Part shown: one piece after another, positions 62,650-64,000 of the stretch | How positions within the stretch are numbered: the stretch's first letter is position 1 | Layout: every line of letters begins with the position of its first letter | Source of the DNA: an uncultured virus (IMG/VR IMGVR_UViG_3300020411_003822) | Taxonomy: Duplodnaviria; Heunggongvirae; Uroviricota; Caudoviricetes | Length of the DNA: 64,000 nt | Reading direction: 5' to 3' (one strand) | IMG/VR virus record: IMGVR_UViG_3300020411_003822 | Position numbers and translations under genes: made by a program | The notes under the pieces: generated by a model | Told to the model about the DNA's origin: nothing | What the model saw: the letters and a program-made list of their open reading frames with translations, nothing else | Database searches by the model: none

Positions 62650-62690
62650 GCACATGCCAAGCCTTTGAACCGTTTGAAGTTAGGGCAAGA

Positions 62691-63422
62691 CTATCCCATT
62701 AATCGGCTCAAGACCTGCTCTGTTTCATCATTCTTTGTTAGCAAATTGGAAATTAAATTATCTTGGGGTTGTTTCTGTGAATCATCCTCCCAATATTCAT
62801 TGTATTCTGGATCAGGTGTACCATAATTCGATAATAACGGCTTATCCCTATCCTCTTCTTTCCGAATATGCTTGAGATAATTTGCAACTTTATCCATATC
62901 AAGTGTGTCTATGAATTGAGATGCTTTACGAATTTCATCAGAAATGCCACGAATGTCAATGTCGTCAAAGGAATGTAATCCAGGGGCGACCTCATCTCGA
63001 ACATTTTCAAGCAAATCCCTGATTGCGGGAACATTGATTCCATCAAGTTGCGTGTGGAAAGCTTCCAATCTGTTTGCGGCTACATGAAGCGACTCAAGCA
63101 ATTCCACCATTCTCGCCTCCATGAGATCTGCTTTATCTTCAACCCGTACCGTAACAACAGAAATCAACAGGTTTGTGCCAATTGTAAACGCCAAAGCAGC
63201 AGCAAGAATGTATGTCCATGCAGTCGGATAGATGTAACTCACAACTGGAGCAGACATTACCAATAAAGCAGTAAATACGAACAATATGGACCGAATGCGC
63301 TTATCATACTCGATAGATTCTCGCATACTGACAATGTCCTGTTCTAAACCAACAGGAGATTCCCATTCCTCCTCCTCCTCCTCATATATTGGGACAAGAG
63401 AAGGAAGCGACAAATCAATCAC
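62691..63422 (-). CDS. Membrane protein with coiled coil
   Basis: Two TM segments. Confidence 0.65.
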   Translation of the reverse strand: MIDLSLPSLVPIYEEEEEEWESPVGLEQDIVSMRESIEYDKRIRSILFVFTALLVMSAPVVSYIYPTAWTYILAAALAFTIGTNLLISVVTVRVEDKADLMEARMVELLESLHVAANRLEAFHTQLDGINVPAIRDLLENVRDEVAPGLHSFDDIDIRGISDEIRKASQFIDTLDMDKVANYLKHIRKEEDRDKPLLSNYGTPDPEYNEYWEDDSQKQPQDNLISNLLTKNDETEQVLSRLMG

Positions 63423-63943
63423 TCGCCTGATGTATTCGGCTCCTCTGAATCAGGTATGCCATCATTGTCATCGTCTTGATCTACATCATCAGGGATTCCA
63501 TCACCGTCAGTGTCCTTCTTGACGCCCATCATTTGTCCAAGACTGGTTACAGGCTTTACTGCAGCGCCAACAACGGCACCTGCGGCCTTTTGTGCAACAT
63601 TCTTTGGTTTTGGCTCTTCGACCTTCAATTCTGGAGCATCCTCATCTTTTTCTTCATCACGAACCCATTCTGGAACGCCGTCTTTCAAAACAAGATGCAA
63701 AAGAAGCCATTGTTGTGCAACAGTCAGTGGCGCATCCAAAGCCTTCTCCTTGAATCCTTCGAAACGCCTATCTGTCAGCCCACCCTTAATGAAATTAACC
63801 AACCGAGCAAGGTCAGGTTCCCCAGCACCCAAATATCGCTTACAACGATTTACCCAACTGTCTCTTATCCTGATTCCTTTTGTCAAGAAACCAGGAAGCA
63901 TTGTCTTTCCAAGATCATACGCATATAACGATTCATCACCCAT
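63419..63943 (-). CDS. Hypothetical protein with a DTDGDG calcium-binding-like repeat
   Basis: DTDGDGIPDDVDQDDDNDGIPD; GGAGTG Shine-Dalgarno site. Confidence 0.65.
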   Translation of the reverse strand: MGDESLYAYDLGKTMLPGFLTKGIRIRDSWVNRCKRYLGAGEPDLARLVNFIKGGLTDRRFEGFKEKALDAPLTVAQQWLLLHLVLKDGVPEWVRDEEKDEDAPELKVEEPKPKNVAQKAAGAVVGAAVKPVTSLGQMMGVKKDTDGDGIPDDVDQDDDNDGIPDSEEPNTSGE

Positions 63944-64000
63944 TTCTGTTCACACTCCTTTAGCCGCAGCCAATACTCCCTCAATTACTTGCCGATTCTC

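Noticed and set aside
1..64000. Stop-codon reassignment (TGA readthrough)
   Set aside because: Recognisable domains are complete under the standard code, and TGA falls at domain ends followed by new starts.

Overview
This 64-kb window looks like part of a large archaeal virus or extrachromosomal element. The host is probably Thermoplasmatota / Marine Group II (inference from five DUF3860-like wHTH paralogs, a TFB gene, a split archaeal-type RNA polymerase A'' subunit and archaeal-style tRNAs). It has three zones. (1) Left flank, 1-3.2 kb: a partial GT4 glycosyltransferase, an RHH protein, TFB, then four regularly spaced bipartite repeats at the strand switch (origin-like). (2) A ~52-kb, entirely plus-strand array, ~3.25-55.5 kb, with more than 100 mostly small genes, two tRNAs and many structured non-coding RNAs. 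Almost every unit is delimited by the same short sequence, ACTGAAC|ATG: about 75 exact ACTGAACATG copies by hand count, plus ACT[A/T/C]AAC and ACTGAAC-A variants. The motif's TGA often stops the upstream gene and its ATG starts the next. It also borders tRNAs, ncRNAs and the last gene before each terminator. Genes that lack the motif have Shine-Dalgarno sites instead. This gene-punctuation system (RNA processing, short initiator, or cassette junction) is the main candidate for an undescribed mechanism. The array carries many DNA-modification and anti-defence-type genes. (3) Right flank, 55.7-64 kb, mostly minus strand: a highly divergent 1001-aa RNAP A''-like subunit, RNase HI, an LRAT-domain protein, RusA and hypothetical genes, led by a different TATA-like leaderless promoter. 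Family names come from motif recognition only; no database searches were run.
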